A DNA stretch of 63,961 nt, counting the filler, from Thraustochytrium aureum (lineage: Eukaryota), in NCBI GenBank assembly GCA_012862495.1. It is 7 parts of 4 records of this genome, joined end to end, with 100 filler letters (N's around TTAATTAATTAA, not from the genome) between each part and the next. Parts side by side here need not be neighbours in the genome. Positions count along the whole stretch, not along the records: positions 1 to 28,397 come from BLSG01000058.1; 6 more parts are not named here. One strand, written 5' to 3'. Positions 11,055 to 23,976 of this stretch are shown in pieces. The first letter of the stretch is position 1; every line of letters starts with the position of its first letter. The position numbers and the translations under genes are program-made. A model generated the notes under the pieces. It was given only the letters and a program-made list of their open reading frames with translations, made no database searches and was not told the origin of the DNA.

Positions 11055-12739
11055 TCACAAATTTGTTTTTCTTCCTAACGTCTGCCCCGCCTCGACGCGC
11101 AACTGCACATGGAGGCAGCCCGCCGGTACGACAGACACGGCCAACGTATCACCGAGCAACGAAACCATGCGCACCTCGCGCTCTCGTTGCGGGAGCAAAT
11201 CCAAAGCTTCGAATGCGCTGGGCCAATCGCTCAGCGAATTTTGGGACTCCCAAATGGCGCTCAAGTGTACGCAGCCGCCGCCGCTAACGCACACCACGTC
11301 TGACGCGTGCTTGCTCACGAATTCTTGGGCGCTCGCGTCAACAACTCGAACGGTCAAGGAGCAATGGCCGCCCTTGTGTCCCTCCACCGCTTCTAAGCGG
11401 ATCCACTGGGCCATCGAGGGAACCGTCACCACCACAGGAGGTGCCTGCGCGCCCCGCACAAGCCTGCCAGACCCATCAAACACGGCCCCGTGCACCTCAA
11501 CGCGCTCCGGTCCCACCCCACCCGACGCGGGCTCCCTGTCGGTGAGGTCGAGTAAATGATCTTCGTCTCCATCGAACACGAACCAGCAGCGAATGCTCGG
11601 ATCAGCCGGGATCGCGGCAAGTGGCTCGAAGCCGTAACAGGCCCGCAGACACGGGTGGGCCCTTTGGAGCTCCTGCATGTTGGCCCATGCGTGGACGGCT
11701 ACCGAGAACCCCACAGCCGCATCTCGTGCAGCTACCCCGCCTTCGCTAGCGACTACGACAGAAAGCGAGGCGACCTCGCCCACCTCACCGCCTCGTGCGC
11801 CTCATTCCGAGTCGGCAGAGGGCACGCGTGGGCTAGGGTCCACGGGTACGACTCCCACGTGGAAGAGGCGGGGTCAGTACTTGGTGGTGTGGAGACGAGA
11901 TGCGGCGCCGACTTGAACGCCACGATCGACCCCCGCGCAACGGCCTCGATCATGAACCAGTCCACTGGCTGTGCCATTCCAAGGTCTTGCACAGCATTTA
12001 AAAGTCGCGTGGCCCCTCTCTTGCGGATTAGGTAAGCCACTGTCCCTCCGCCCCAGCTGCGAGGCACCTGTGCAAAGGCCCGCACGCCTTGGCCAACGCC
12101 AACGCTTCTGTGCAGCGCAGTGTCGCCCGTGAAATAAAGGAATAGCACATCCCACCGAGGGTCACTGCTCGCTTGCTGGGCAATCTCGCTCTTCCACCTC
12201 GCCCGAAAACGGTCGACAGGAGCAGCGTCGTCCTCCAACACCAGAACGGAATCGCCTGCCTCGAGGGACTCGTCCAGGGCCAAGCGGGCCCAGATTGTGA
12301 CATGGCTAAGAGCGCATCCAAGCACGCCCTTGCGGAAACCGTGGTCCTCGTAAGGGTTTTGGAACGTCGACAAATCGATCCGAAAGACCTCGTGCAATGT
12401 TCGGGTCAGGCGGGCGTGCTGCCTCCCGTTAATGGCCGGGAATCGCTGCAGCTGTCCCACCGAATCGGAATGTTGCTGCCAAGCCGCCAGCATGGACTCA
12501 AGTTTGGCCGTATCACCAGCCATGTTAACAATATAGGTTGCTGCAGGAAAGGCCCGAGCGCTGAGTGCTCCGGTGCAGCCGAGGCCGCCTGCGTCGCCCG
12601 CCAACAGCTGGTCCGACCCGTTTGCAAGGGCGGCGCTTCTGCTGGCGCCCTCGACGAGACAAAACCCTGCGCGTTCGAGCGGCCCGGATGCGCGCGACCC
12701 GCCAGCCAGTACGTGGACCTGTCCGAGAGGAACAAGTCC
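11055..12739 (-). CDS. Glycosyltransferase family 25 protein with C-terminal extension; 5' end in a gap, frameshift about 11790-11830
   Basis: TYIVNM, RFPAINGR, GVLGCALSHVTIW, VLVLEDDA, GGTVAYLIRKRGATRLL, PVDWFM. Confidence 0.8.
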
Positions 12740-13719
12740 NNNNNNNNNNNNNNNNNNNNNNNNNNNNNNNNNNNNNNNNNNNNNNNNNNNNNNNNNNNNN
12801 NNNNNNNNNNNNNNNNNNNNNNNNNNNNNNNNNNNNNNNNNNNNNNNNNNNNNNNNNNNNNNNNNNNNNNNNNNNNNNNNNNNNNNNNNNNNNNNNNNNN
12901 NNNNNNNNNNNNNNNNNNNNNNNNNNNNNNNNNNNNNNNNNNNNNNNNNNNNNNNNNNNNNNNNNNNNNNNNNNNNNNNNNNNNNNNNNNNNNNNNNNNN
13001 NNNNNNNNNNNNNNNNNNNNNNNNNNNNNNNNNNNNNNNNNNNNNNNNNNNNNNNNNNNNNNNNNNNNNNNNNNNNNNNNNNNNNNNNNNNNNNNNNNNN
13101 NNNNNNNNNNNNNNNNNNNNNNNNNNNNNNNNNNNNNNNNNNNNNNNNNNNNNNNNNNNNNNNNNNNNNNNNNNNNNNNNNNNNNNNNNNNNNNNNNNNN
13201 NNNNNNNNNNNNNNNNNNNNNNNNNNNNNNNNNNNNNNNNNNNNNNNNNNNNNNNNNNNNNNNNNNNNNNNNNNNNNNNNNNNNNNNNNNNNNNNNNNNN
13301 NNNNNNNNNNNNNNNNNNNNNNNNNNNNNNNNNNNNNNNNNNNNNNNNNNNNNNNNNNNNNNNNNNNNNNNNNNNNNNNNNNNNNNNNNNNNNNNNNNNN
13401 NNNNNNNNNNNNNNNNNNNNNNNNNNNNNNNNNNNNNNNNNNNNNNNNNNNNNNNNNNNNNNNNNNNNNNNNNNNNNNNNNNNNNNNNNNNNNNNNNNNN
13501 NNNNNNNNNNNNNNNNNNNNNNNNNNNNNNNNNNNNNNNNNNNNNNNNNNNNNNNNNNNNNNNNNNNNNNNNNNNNNNNNNNNNNNNNNNNNNNNNNNNN
13601 NNNNNNNNNNNNNNNNNNNNNNNNNNNNNNNNNNNNNNNNNNNNNNCGAAGCTGGCCGCGTCGTGAGCGCTGGTTGAGGAGCGGCCCAACTGCTGTCGCG
13701 AAGGTTGTGGCAGCCTGCG

Positions 13720-14606
13720 ATGGCCGACAGCGGACGGCCGAGCTTGGTGACAGTCGTCGTGGATGTGGACGAGGCGGCCTGGGCTGGCGTTACCGAGGCC
13801 TCGCTGAAGGCTTTGAGCGAGGCGGCGCAGAGCGAAGAGGCAGGCGGCGGGACAGCGCAAGCGGAGGAGCCGACGACGCTTGGGAGCGTGCTGAAGAGCC
13901 TCGTCGTGTTCTTGAACGCGGTCAAGCTGATGGATAGAGAAAACGAGGTGGCAATCGTTGCCGAGTGCCCAGATGGGTCAGCACGGTTCTGGACGGAAGA
14001 GGGCCTCCCGGTGGCCGAAACCCTTCGACGGGGTGTCAGGCAACTTGCGGCGGAGACCGCAGCCGAGAACGCCGTGCGCGGGTCGTGCGGACTCGCGGCG
14101 GCATTGTCCAAGGCGCTCTGCCACTCAAATCGGGTTATGCTAGCGCAAAAGGCACGGTATGGTGTTGAGCCACAAGCGCGTGTGATTGTGGTGCAGGCGC
14201 GTAGCGACGACGCGTCGCAGTACATAGCGTCTATGAACGCAGCCTTTCGGCCCAGAAGCGCTCCGTCTGCGTCGACGTGTGCGACTTTTGCCCAGATCGC
14301 TCCACCATCCTGCAGCAAGTCGCCCATCTAGCCGGCGGCATCCTGCAGCACTACAGTGGAATCTCGGCCGGGGCATTCACCGAACACCTGTTCGCTGTTT
14401 TCCTGGCAGACGTCGAGTCTCGGCAGCGCCTTCTCAAGGTGCCGCCGCAGGCCCCGATTGTGCTTGAGGCCGCCTGCTTTTGCCACGGCGAGCTCAAGTC
14501 GCGTGGCTGGGTTTGCTCGGTCTGCTTGTCGGTATTTTGCCGAGACCCGACCAGCAACAAATCGACATGCCCGACATGCCAGACGCGTATTTTGGTGCAG
14601 GCCTGA
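13720..14606 (+). CDS. TFB4: TFIIH subunit p34 (Tfb4/GTF2H3); frameshift about 14248
   Basis: vWA-like SLVTVVVD...NEVAIVA...ALSKALC...QYIASMNAAF; LQQVAHLAGG; C-terminal zinc finger CFCH...GWVCSVCLSVFC...CPTC. Confidence 0.9.
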
Positions 14607-14822
14607 GCCGCGATCAGGTCCAGCCGTGTGGGCCATTGCGTTTGCTCCACCAAGCAACGATTGGCGCCAACGCTCTGTTCAAAAACAAGCAAGTGTAGTG
14701 TGAAATCTAGCTAAACAAGGCATTTCGTTCCCTTCAACGGCTGCAGCACGCCCTGCTTGCGGCCTGCACCAGCAGCTGTAGTTCGCAACAGCCAGTCGCA
14801 CGATGCGCAAACATTCGCCAAC

Positions 14823-16830
14823 TTAGTCGCCCAGGGCCCCAAGCGGCGCGCCGCAAATTCGGCATTTGTCCGTCGTGCCAGAGGCGGCGTCCTCGGTGAC
14901 CTGGTCTGCGGTGGCTCTGCAGTGGGCTCTGCGGTGGGCTCTGCGGTGGGCTCTGCGGTGGGCTCNNNNNNNNNNNNNNNNNNNNNNNNNNNNNNNNNNN
15001 NNNNNNNNNNNNNNNNNNNNNNNNNNNNNNNNNNNNNNNNNNNNNNNNNNNNNNNNNNNNNNNNNNNNNNNNNNNNNNNNNNNNNNNNNNNNNNNNNNNN
15101 NNNNNNNNNNNNNNNNNNNNNNNNNNNNNNNNNNNNNNNNNNNNNNNNNNNNNNNNNNNNNNNNNNNNNNNNNNNNNNNNNNNNNNNNNNNNNNNNNNNN
15201 NNNNNNNNNNNNNNNNNNNNNNNNNNNNNNNNNNNNNNNNNNNNNNNNNNNNNNNNNNNNNNNNNNNNNNNNNNNNNNNNNNNNNNNNNNNNNNNNNNNN
15301 NNNNNNNNNNNNNNNNNNNNNNNNNNNNNNNNNNNNNNNNNNNNNNNNNNNNNNNNNNNNNNNNNNNNNNNNNNNNNNNNNNNNNNNNNNNNNNNNNNNN
15401 NNNNNNNNNNNNNNNNNNNNNNNNNCACTCGACGAGCCCAGCGCCGCCCCGACCTGCGACGGCGCACGCGATCTGCTGGGTGCGTCGCCGCGGCCGTTTC
15501 GAGACAATCGTTGGTCAGCCTTTGGCGAAGGGCCTCTAGAGCCGCGTGGGATCTCACGTCCTCTACAAGGATTTCCACCGCATAGACGACCTTGCACCTG
15601 CCAAAAAGCTTGTATGTGCGCTTTGCGAGGCTGTCCCGCTCGCGCTTGACCTTTAGCCGTTGCTTGTGCAGTTTAGCGTTGTCGGCGGCAAGCGCGACAG
15701 TCTCCTTGCGCAGCTTGCGGTCCAGCTTGCGATGCGCTTCCGAGGCGGCCGCGAGCTCTGCAAACGACGCCGGGGCCGCATACGGGTCTTCCCCGTCCTG
15801 CAAGACTCGCAGCCGCATTCGCACCCCACCGCCATTCGGACGCTTGGCTCCAGCGCTTGCTTCAAGCTCGCGCAACAGGACGTTGATCGATGAAACCTCG
15901 CGGCCCAGCGCTTGCACGCACGTTGCCCAGCGCCGCTCCTCAAGTCGGCGTCTCTGGCGCTTGATTAATGAAGACCAAGCGACACACAAAAGAATAGTCC
16001 CAGCAAGAGTTGCGAGCGGGCCCACCCCAAAGCAAGGCCAGCAAAGGCTGTAACGAGGCCCAGCGGCCCAAGCGCAAGGCCAACGAGCGCGGAAACCCCG
16101 GCCAGACCAAGCAAGGGGAATAGGGCCAGCACAGTTCGTGAAGGCAATAAGGTGTTGACAATGCAGCCCAATCGCTTCTCAACAAGGCCAACGAGCACCT
16201 CTCCGCGCGTCTTGTGCCCCTCGAGCGCGGCGTCGAGCCCTTCCAGCCGCGCGTGCTGCGCTTCAAACCGCCGATGGCCTCGATCAAGCCGAATGCTAAA
16301 CTTGCGGAAGGGGCGCTCCCCATCCTCTAGCCGTACGCACTCAAAGGGCGCGATAGAATCGAGTGGCTTTCGCCACAGCCGGTCCGCCCAGCCCTGCTGC
16401 GCCTTTTTGTAGGCGCGCTCTTGCTCAACCTCGCGCTCGTTCTTGCGCAAGAACAGGAATTTCGCAAAAGAGGCCTCGTGCTGGACGCGGGGTAGCGTGA
16501 GCTCGTCGCTCCCGAAATCGCCCGCTATAAGCTCCCCCGGCAGCTGCTCTTGCGGACACAGCGTTACGAGTATGCGCTCCTCCAGGCCAAGGTCCGCCGC
16601 TGACGGCATGTACGAGGCGCGGATGTCGACGAGCTGGTACTGGATCTCCTGCTCCACTTTGCGCGGCTTGGCCTGGCTTGGCCAGCTGCATCGTCTCTAC
16701 CGCGGCTCTCGCCTGGGCCTGCGCCGCGTTCAGCTTGCTGCAGGGCCGACGGCTGCTCCTCGTCGAGCGCCAAGTTGTTGACGTACAACTTGGGCACGAC
16801 CACGCGGGACTTGCGCCGCGACGCGCTCAT
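14823..16830 (-). CDS. Hypothetical membrane/coiled-coil protein; frameshifted and gapped, with a repeat-rich C-terminus
   Basis: Overlapping ORFs 16830-16564, 16657-15965 and 16025-14823 chain together; hydrophobic segments at about 16150-15970 followed by a coiled-coil-like stretch. Confidence 0.5.
14914..14965 (-). repeat. 12-bp tandem repeat GAGCCCACCGCA (would encode EPTA) running into a gap
   Basis: About 4 copies visible directly next to the N run. Confidence 0.75.
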
Positions 16831-18356
16831 CGGGCGAGGCGAGACCTGGTCCGCCGGGAGACCTGCCGCTGCACGAGCTGCTTCGCCATGCCCTGGCATA
16901 CGCCGAGGGCTGCCACGATGCACTCGGCAGCGAGAGACTCGACATTGGCCGAGGTGCGTGGCCACATCGAGAAAATATCCGGTAGATCCGTTTAATCCTG
17001 GGTGGCCCGGCGGTGAAGCGGCGACGGCAGCCGGGTAGGCCAACGGGGTTGGCGTTTGTTGATGACCTCGCAATTGCGTTTGCGTTTTAGGACCGGCTTT
17101 GGCGCCCTGTTCGCAATCGAGCATGGACGAGGACTAACTATCGCTGTAAACCGCATCCCTCTAGGAGTTTTTCGCTTCGGTTTGCGAGAGCGAGGGCAAT
17201 GCGCACCTACTTCGAGGGCTCTGAGTACTTGTTCCTGTGATGCTTTGTTGGGGATCGGTGCGGTACGTGCGCTTTGCGAAGCTGGCGAGGAGGTGGACGA
17301 AGAAACGATGAAACAAATTCTGGTAGGACTCAACGACTACCTCGCCGATGCCAGACAAAAACGTCTTGACCGAGCGTGTGCTGCGGAGACGACTAGCCAG
17401 TAACGCGCAGGACCACGAAAGGCGCCCAACGCAGCAGCGTGTGCTGCGGAGANNNNNNNNNNNNNNNNNNNNNNNNNNNNNNNNNNNNNNNNNNNNNNNN
17501 NNNNNNNNNNNNNNNNNNNNNNNNNNNNNNNNNNNNNNNNNNNNNNNNNNNNNNNNNNNNNNNNNNNNNNNNNNNNNNNNNNNNNNNNNNNNNNNNNNNN
17601 NNNNNNNNNNNNNNNNNNNNNNNNNNNNNNNNNNNNNNNNNNNNNNNNNNNNNNNNNNNNNNNNNNNNNNNNNNNNNNNNNNNNNNNNNNNNNNNNNNNN
17701 NNNNNNNNNNNNNNNNNNNNNNNNNNNNNNNNNNNNNNNNNNNNNNNNNNNNNNNNNNNNNNNNNNNNNNNNNNNNNNNNNNNNNNNNNNNNNNNNNNNN
17801 NNNNNNNNNNNNNNNNNNNNNNNNNNNNNNNNNNNNNNNNNNNNNNNNNNNNNNNNNNNNNNNNNNNNNNNNNNNNNNNNNNNNNNNNNNNNNNNNNNNN
17901 NNNNNNNNNNNNNNNNNNNNNNNNNNNNNNNNNNNNNNNNNNNNNNNNNNNNNNNNNNNNNNNNNNNNNNNNNNNNNNNNNNNNNNNNNNNNNNNNNNNN
18001 NNNNNNNNNNNNNNNNNNNNNNNNNNNNNNNNNNNNNNNNNNNNNNNNNNNNNNNNNNNNNNNNNNNNNNNNNNNNNNNNNNNNNNNNNNNNNNNNNNNN
18101 NNNNNNNNNNNNNNNNNNNNNNNNNNNNNNNNNNNNNNNNNNNNNNNNNNNNNNNNNNNNNNNNNNNNNNNNNNNNNNNNNNNNNNNNNNNNNNNNNNNN
18201 NNNNNNNNNNNNNNNNNNNNNNNNNNNNNNNNNNNNNNNNNNNNNNNNNNNNNNNNNNNNNNNNNNNNNNNNNNNNNNNNNNNNNNNNNNNNNNNNNNNN
18301 NNNNNNNNNNNNNNNNNNNNNNNNNNNNNNNNNNNNNNNNNNNNNNNNNNNNNNNN

Positions 18357-21334
18357 AACTACGCCCATCCCAACCAAGTCGCCGACGAAGCGCCCGACAT
18401 CCGCCCCAACGCAAAGACCAACGAGAGGACCAAGCAGGTCGCCAACGACGCCCATCCCGAGCCACGCACCGACCACTGGCTTGCCGAGCACGTCACCGAC
18501 GAAGCGGCCTTCGGTGCCGACTGTTTCGCCAACCGAGTCGCCGACCTACAAGCCGTCAGCGTCGCCCACGAAGCGGCCGACGACCGCACCAACATCGGCC
18601 CCGACAATGCCGAGCCCTGTCATCAGCCTGCCAGTCGCCAAGCAACTACTTGGAACGACAGACAACGCCACGTTTCAATTCGTCTTTGCCACAGGGTCTG
18701 CCATGATGGCTTCGACAGCATTGCAAACCGTGGGAGACTGGATGCGGCAAGACGAGTACTTCGGGTCGCGCACTCACAGCAAGACTGCGCTCATCCAAAA
18801 CGCAATCGCGGTGGCAAATATCACGGCGTTCACTGGGGCGGAGCGCGAGAGGGTCGTGGCGCTTCTCCTGGAGCGACTCTGCGGCGTGGATAGCTTGCCC
18901 ACCCTGTACTGCAACATCTCGGATGCTTTGGCGTCTTTCGACAACGCGCTCGTGCCCGTTGACCCAGCCTCCAACGAAACGGAAACACACAACAACAGTG
19001 CGCCGACGCGTCTCCTGCAAGGTAGCAACTCGCGCATTCTGCGCGACGACGCGGCATGAGCACCCGATATCTTGGGTCCGAGTTGTCTCTGAAGCGACTT
19101 TTGCGAGACTCATTGCTAACGGAGCGCGGCGCCCCGACGTTGGGGCTGCAGTCGACGAAGCCAGCGTGCTGAGCACGCGATTGAGCCATATGAAGGTTGC
19201 CGTGTGGGAAGCCCCAGGGACGGACGCCGCCAAAGCGCTAGCAGACTTTCGTTCAGCGGCCAACCGATTCTCCTCGAGCTTTCAGGACGGGACTGGAGTC
19301 CCTATTCTGTTCGACGAGCAAGTGTTCTTCCTCAACTACTGCTCGATCGAAGCCTGCTCGGGCAACGGGCAGTGCGAGATGGTCGGGATCGACGCGGCGC
19401 GCTGCATTTGCGCCGAGTCGTTCACCGGTAGTTTTTGTGAGATCCCCAAAGATGGCGCGAAAGAGCCGGCAGCGCGCACTGACGGAGGCGTTATCGCTGG
19501 GTCAACTCTTGGCGCGCTGGCCTTCCTTGGTGGCGCGTTCCTTCTCGGGCGGCGCATTAGGGATCGACGCGTCAAGGTGTTCCAGCGTGCAGCCGTCGGG
19601 CCGCTCACCGGGCCAGGCGTAGGGAACTTCAAACTGAGAGGGCTGCTGTCGAAGCGCAACGCGGTTGGAGTGCACCCCGAAAGCGAAAGCGCTGGCGCAA
19701 GTGGCGCGAATTCTGACGTTCTCAAAAAGCCCAGAGACGACGTTGACTTGGCTGCCAGTGGAATCCCGCCCGGGCTAGGCTCGCCAACTGCGCTGCGCCC
19801 GCCGCCTCTTACCCAGGAGGCTCTTTACAGTCCCAGTTCAAGTGACAAGGCGGATGTGCTCGCGCAGATCAGCGAGCAGGCAAGAATGTTCCGCGCATTG
19901 GCTCCACGGTTGAGTCCCGTGCCGCCACGACTGCCTCAGCTGTCCGAGATGCCACGTTTGAGCGCGGCCAGCGCGAATCGCGTTGCAGTTAGCCAGGGAG
20001 GCATCACCTCGCCGATGATGCTGTCGCCGCCGCCCCTGCTGACTTCGCCTGGCATGCCACATGTTGACGGCCCGCTTCCGGTCTTGCCAAGCCCATACTT
20101 CTCCCCGCCCAACAGCGCGGGGCTCGAGTCGCAGTTCGCATTTGGGTTCGGCTCTCCAGCCAATCAACAAAACTCCAGCTCGGTCGCTGGGGGCGCGGGG
20201 CAGGGCCAGCACGGGTTCCAGCGGCCGCATATGCAGGTCCACACTGGGCAGACCTCGCCGCTGGACGTGGACGAAATGAGCCTTGCAAGTGCGGCGCAGA
20301 GTCCCAATTCGACGACAGACTCGCGTCCTCACAGCCGAATGAGCGCCAAAGCAAGCGCTGGGAAGAAGAAGGCCAAGAAAGCCAAGAAGGAGAAGAAGGC
20401 AAGGTCGGTTCTCTCTACGAGCCCGGCGTCGCCCAAGACACCGGAGGACGCGCAGCACATCAACTTGGAGCAAGCTCCGCCAAGCAAGCAGCGCACCGCA
20501 GCACCGCGCGGGGCCCCGCCCTCGCCGACCTCCCCGGCCCTCGACGAGATTGAGGAGATTGTCACAAGTGGACCGCCACTGGGAGTCGCAATGACGTCCG
20601 CCACCCAGGTTGGAGGGTTTCGGCCCAAGACCCCGCCGATGCCTGACGCGAACGCGGTTTCAACCGCCAAAACGACAAAGAAGAAGAAGAAAGCGAAGAA
20701 GAAGCCCAAGGGCAAGGCCGAGACTGGAGACGGCCCTTTCAGTCCATCAACTCTGGGACCACCGCACTATCGGCCGCACTCTCCGCCAGATAGCCCCGGC
20801 TCTATTGAGGAGATCGATGTGACCTCCCCGGTCCAAAAGCTCATCCTCGCCACACCGTCCAACCCGGACGGGGCAGCAAAGCAAAAGAAGAAGAAGAAGG
20901 TCAAGGGAGCATCGAAAAACAAGGTCGTGCCCGGGCTCGCAGGCTTTGACGATGGGAAGGCCGGCATTGAGGTGATCAATTTGGCCCCCGAAGCGGGGGC
21001 CGGTGCGTCGGCCTTGACGCCGCGGCGACGTCAGTTCATGCAAGAGAGAGCAGAAGTGGGAAAGAAAAGCGCCTTTGTGAGCGCCGCGCAGGCTATCGTG
21101 CCAGGCCAAACTCGGCCTGCGCCAGGCCCCGCGGCCACCGCGGAGCCTACCCTAGACTTTCGGCACGACCTCAAGGTGACCGTGCCGCGCATTCACAACC
21201 CGCACACCCCCCGCGCGCCCCATACGCCGCAAATCATGTCTCCAAAGACGCCGAAGACCCCAAAGACGCCCGAGGGCGAGTCCCCCAAGAAGCGCAAGAA
21301 GAAGAAGAAGAAGAACGAGGCCGCATCGCCCTGA
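18357..21334 (+). CDS. Type I membrane protein: PT/mucin repeats, EGF-like domain, TM helix and a long Pro/Ser/Lys-rich cytoplasmic tail; 5' part in a gap, frameshift about 19050
   Basis: TPIPTKSPTKRPTSAPT repeats; CSIEACSGNGQCEMVGIDAARCICAESFTGSFCE (EGF); GVIAGSTLGALAFLGGAFLLG followed by RRIRDRR. Confidence 0.75.
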
Positions 21335-22106
21335 CGAGGCACACGTCGAGATCTGCGAGAGAGAAAGAAAGAAAGAAAGAAGAAGGGAAAAGAAGTCGCG
21401 GGGCCTGCTCGTGCCGTTAGCGAGCGAAGTGGCGAACAGGCGGGCACGCCGCCGATAGGTGTTGGGATGTCGAGGCTGATAACTTCTCGTGTCTTGCTAT
21501 GGGTCTCGCGCAATCGGAAACCTTTAACAACCTCGTAGACAAGCCGAGGGCGCAGATGTGCTCTCTCCTCGGCTGACCCGGTGATGACCGGACCTGTTTT
21601 GGCAAACCCCTGACTCACAAGCCAAGCGCGAACCAGGGGATCCAAGCACGCCCTGCCATTACCGCCTCACTGTTGCGCCTCCAGAGTTGGGCATCGCACG
21701 CACTTTACACCCCATCCATCCCCACGGATCTACAGAAAGCGCGCAGCAGTGCGACTTTCGAGACGAACTTTGTAGAATAGCTGGAGAAAGAATGACCAAG
21801 GATCTGTGCTAAATCGCCTCAACTCCAGCATGTCCACGTCGTTTTCCCCGACGCGGCCGCGCTCTCGTGGGTTGTGCAACCACTGTTGGAAGATGCCCAG
21901 CCAAGTGGTCGCCCGAGAGCGCGGCGCGCGAAGTTTTGGCGCGATAGCAAATGCGATCCTCCCCCATTCACCCAGTTCGGCACGGCGTGCCATGCGCGCA
22001 AACAAGCCACCAGGGCGAGCAACCGCAACGTAGCGCGCAAGGGCGGCTCAGTGGCGGGCTCAGAAACGTACGCTCCTTTGGGCTCGGCTGGACCTGTCCG
22101 AACTGT

Positions 22107-23296
22107 TTAGCTCATGAAGATGCGACGGATTTGCGTCGGCACGCACGGCGTCCCGGTCACCGGGCACTGGCCGTGTTCGAGAGAAAACCGATGGATGCAC
22201 GTGTAGCAAAACGCCAGTCCGCTGGTGGAAACGGCAGGGTTGACTCGAGGTTCGTGACAAATCGGGCAGAGGCGAGGGTCGTGCGGCATGCGGAACTCGG
22301 TCGATCTAGGCTTGGGCGGGACAGGTGGCGGTGGAAGAAGAGCCGGCCCTTGAAGGGCTTCGCGCTGGCTTTGGTTCTCTGGAGAATAGTACCACTCGAC
22401 GAGCTTGAACACAAGCGCGCTCGCAATGAGCGCCGTTCGCAGCAGTCCGATCGCCTTGCTAATGGCGCGCCCAACAAACCCTCGGGAGGCGGCCAGGACG
22501 TCTTCGCGCATCATCTGTTTTCGCATATCGTCTCCAGTAACACGCGTGATTATCACGCCTTGCATCCACAGCGAGGGACAATAGTAGGGAGTCTTGCCAA
22601 ACATGAAGAGAATTTTGAAAAGGAGCGCCCATGCCTCGTAGGCAGCGAATGCGGCAGGAACTGCGTGGAGGGCCAGCCTCCGCACTTCACGCTCGAGCTT
22701 GCTTGGCTTGCGCTTATTGGCCTCGCCGTCGTCGACGGAGCTCTGTTCTTCGCGGCGCTCTCGAGCTTGCGCCCGCGCCGCATCCCCTCGCTTTGGCGAA
22801 GCGCGACCGCTAGGCGCTCGTGCGCCCCGGCCAGCTTTGACTGTAGATAGGGCACAACAGCCACGGCCAGAAGGGATACAAACTTGTCTCGGGCTGCAAG
22901 CGGCTGCGGCTCGGGCCCGTGTTTGGACCGCTTCAGGGCGTAAAAGTTCTCGGCGAAGGAGCCGTCGTAGACAGCAAGGTAGTGCCGCTGAATCACCGCC
23001 AAGGTCGCCAGAAACAGCTCGTCTTTCCACGCGAATAGGTCGAACAGGGCCGGGTACCGCTCGCCGAGCGTGCGGAGCAAGTACTCGAAAGCTGGCTGTG
23101 CCGTCCTCCGCCGCCGTCCCGTCAGCGAGTCGAACGGTTCACCGCGCCGCGGCCCCAGAGTCCGCTTCCGCCCTTGGCGGACCGCGCCGGGCGCCTTGCC
23201 ACCCGCACTTACCTTGAGCCCAGCCGCCAAGTTGTCCGCCATCGACAGCTCGAAGATGGTCGGGTTGGGCGAGTCGAGTAGGTTGGAAAGGAACAT
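22107..23296 (-). CDS. PEX12: Peroxin 12 (peroxisomal RING protein); one intron, one frameshift about 22700
   Basis: PTIFELSMAD...LK|PAFEYLL, IQRHYL...GSFAENFYALKR, FKLVEWYYS, LCPICHEPRVNPAV..SGLAFCYTCI...CPVTG. Confidence 0.9.
23096..23212 (-). other. Spliceosomal intron (117 nt, in frame, stop-free)
   Basis: AAG|GTAAGT...GCTGAC...CACAG|CCA; removal gives the PEX12-like LKPAFEY. Confidence 0.8.
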
Positions 23297-23976
23297 CCTC
23301 CCTCGGCGCAGAACGCCGCGCCGGCCGCGGTGCCCGGGCAGCCCGCCTACGCGCTGCCGAAGCTGTTCGCTCGCGAGCCAGAGCCCCCCTGCGCTGCGAC
23401 GCCTCGCTTTCGAAGCGGTTCGTGGACTGCTGTTGGAAAATGGGAAAACCCACAGAGTAGTTACCCAACGAAGGTGAGTCGGCCTACTCGGTACGAACTC
23501 GCGACGAGTTGCTCGCAAGGCAGTTCGTTCAACTTGAGCATGCACTGTGCCCCGCTCGCCCCTGCCAGCCCAGTGCTCATGGCACCATGGCATCTCTGCA
23601 TCTCTGCACAGGTCATGGATGGCATCGTTGCATGCTGCATGAATGGCAAGCAGTTTGGATGCCAGCCAGCATCACTGCACAAGCCAGGCCTTGCGGGTCG
23701 CCGTGCACGGTGTTGCGCATAGTTGAGCGGGCTCTGGAAGCGCAGAGCACCACGTGGGGCCTCAGGCATACAGAGAGTTGGGGTTGGCGTTGGTTCATCG
23801 CATGGGGACAAAGATAATGAAGTGGCTTTGGTTCAGGATGAATACGACCGGCCTCCTGAACGCGATCGAGAAGCTGCGCGCGCACAGGCGATGGCACGAG
23901 GCAGGCAAAGCGGCGGAGGTTGCAGAGGCAGAAGAGGCGGCGGCGTTCAAGGCCAAGACACCGAGTCTGCGGCCAC

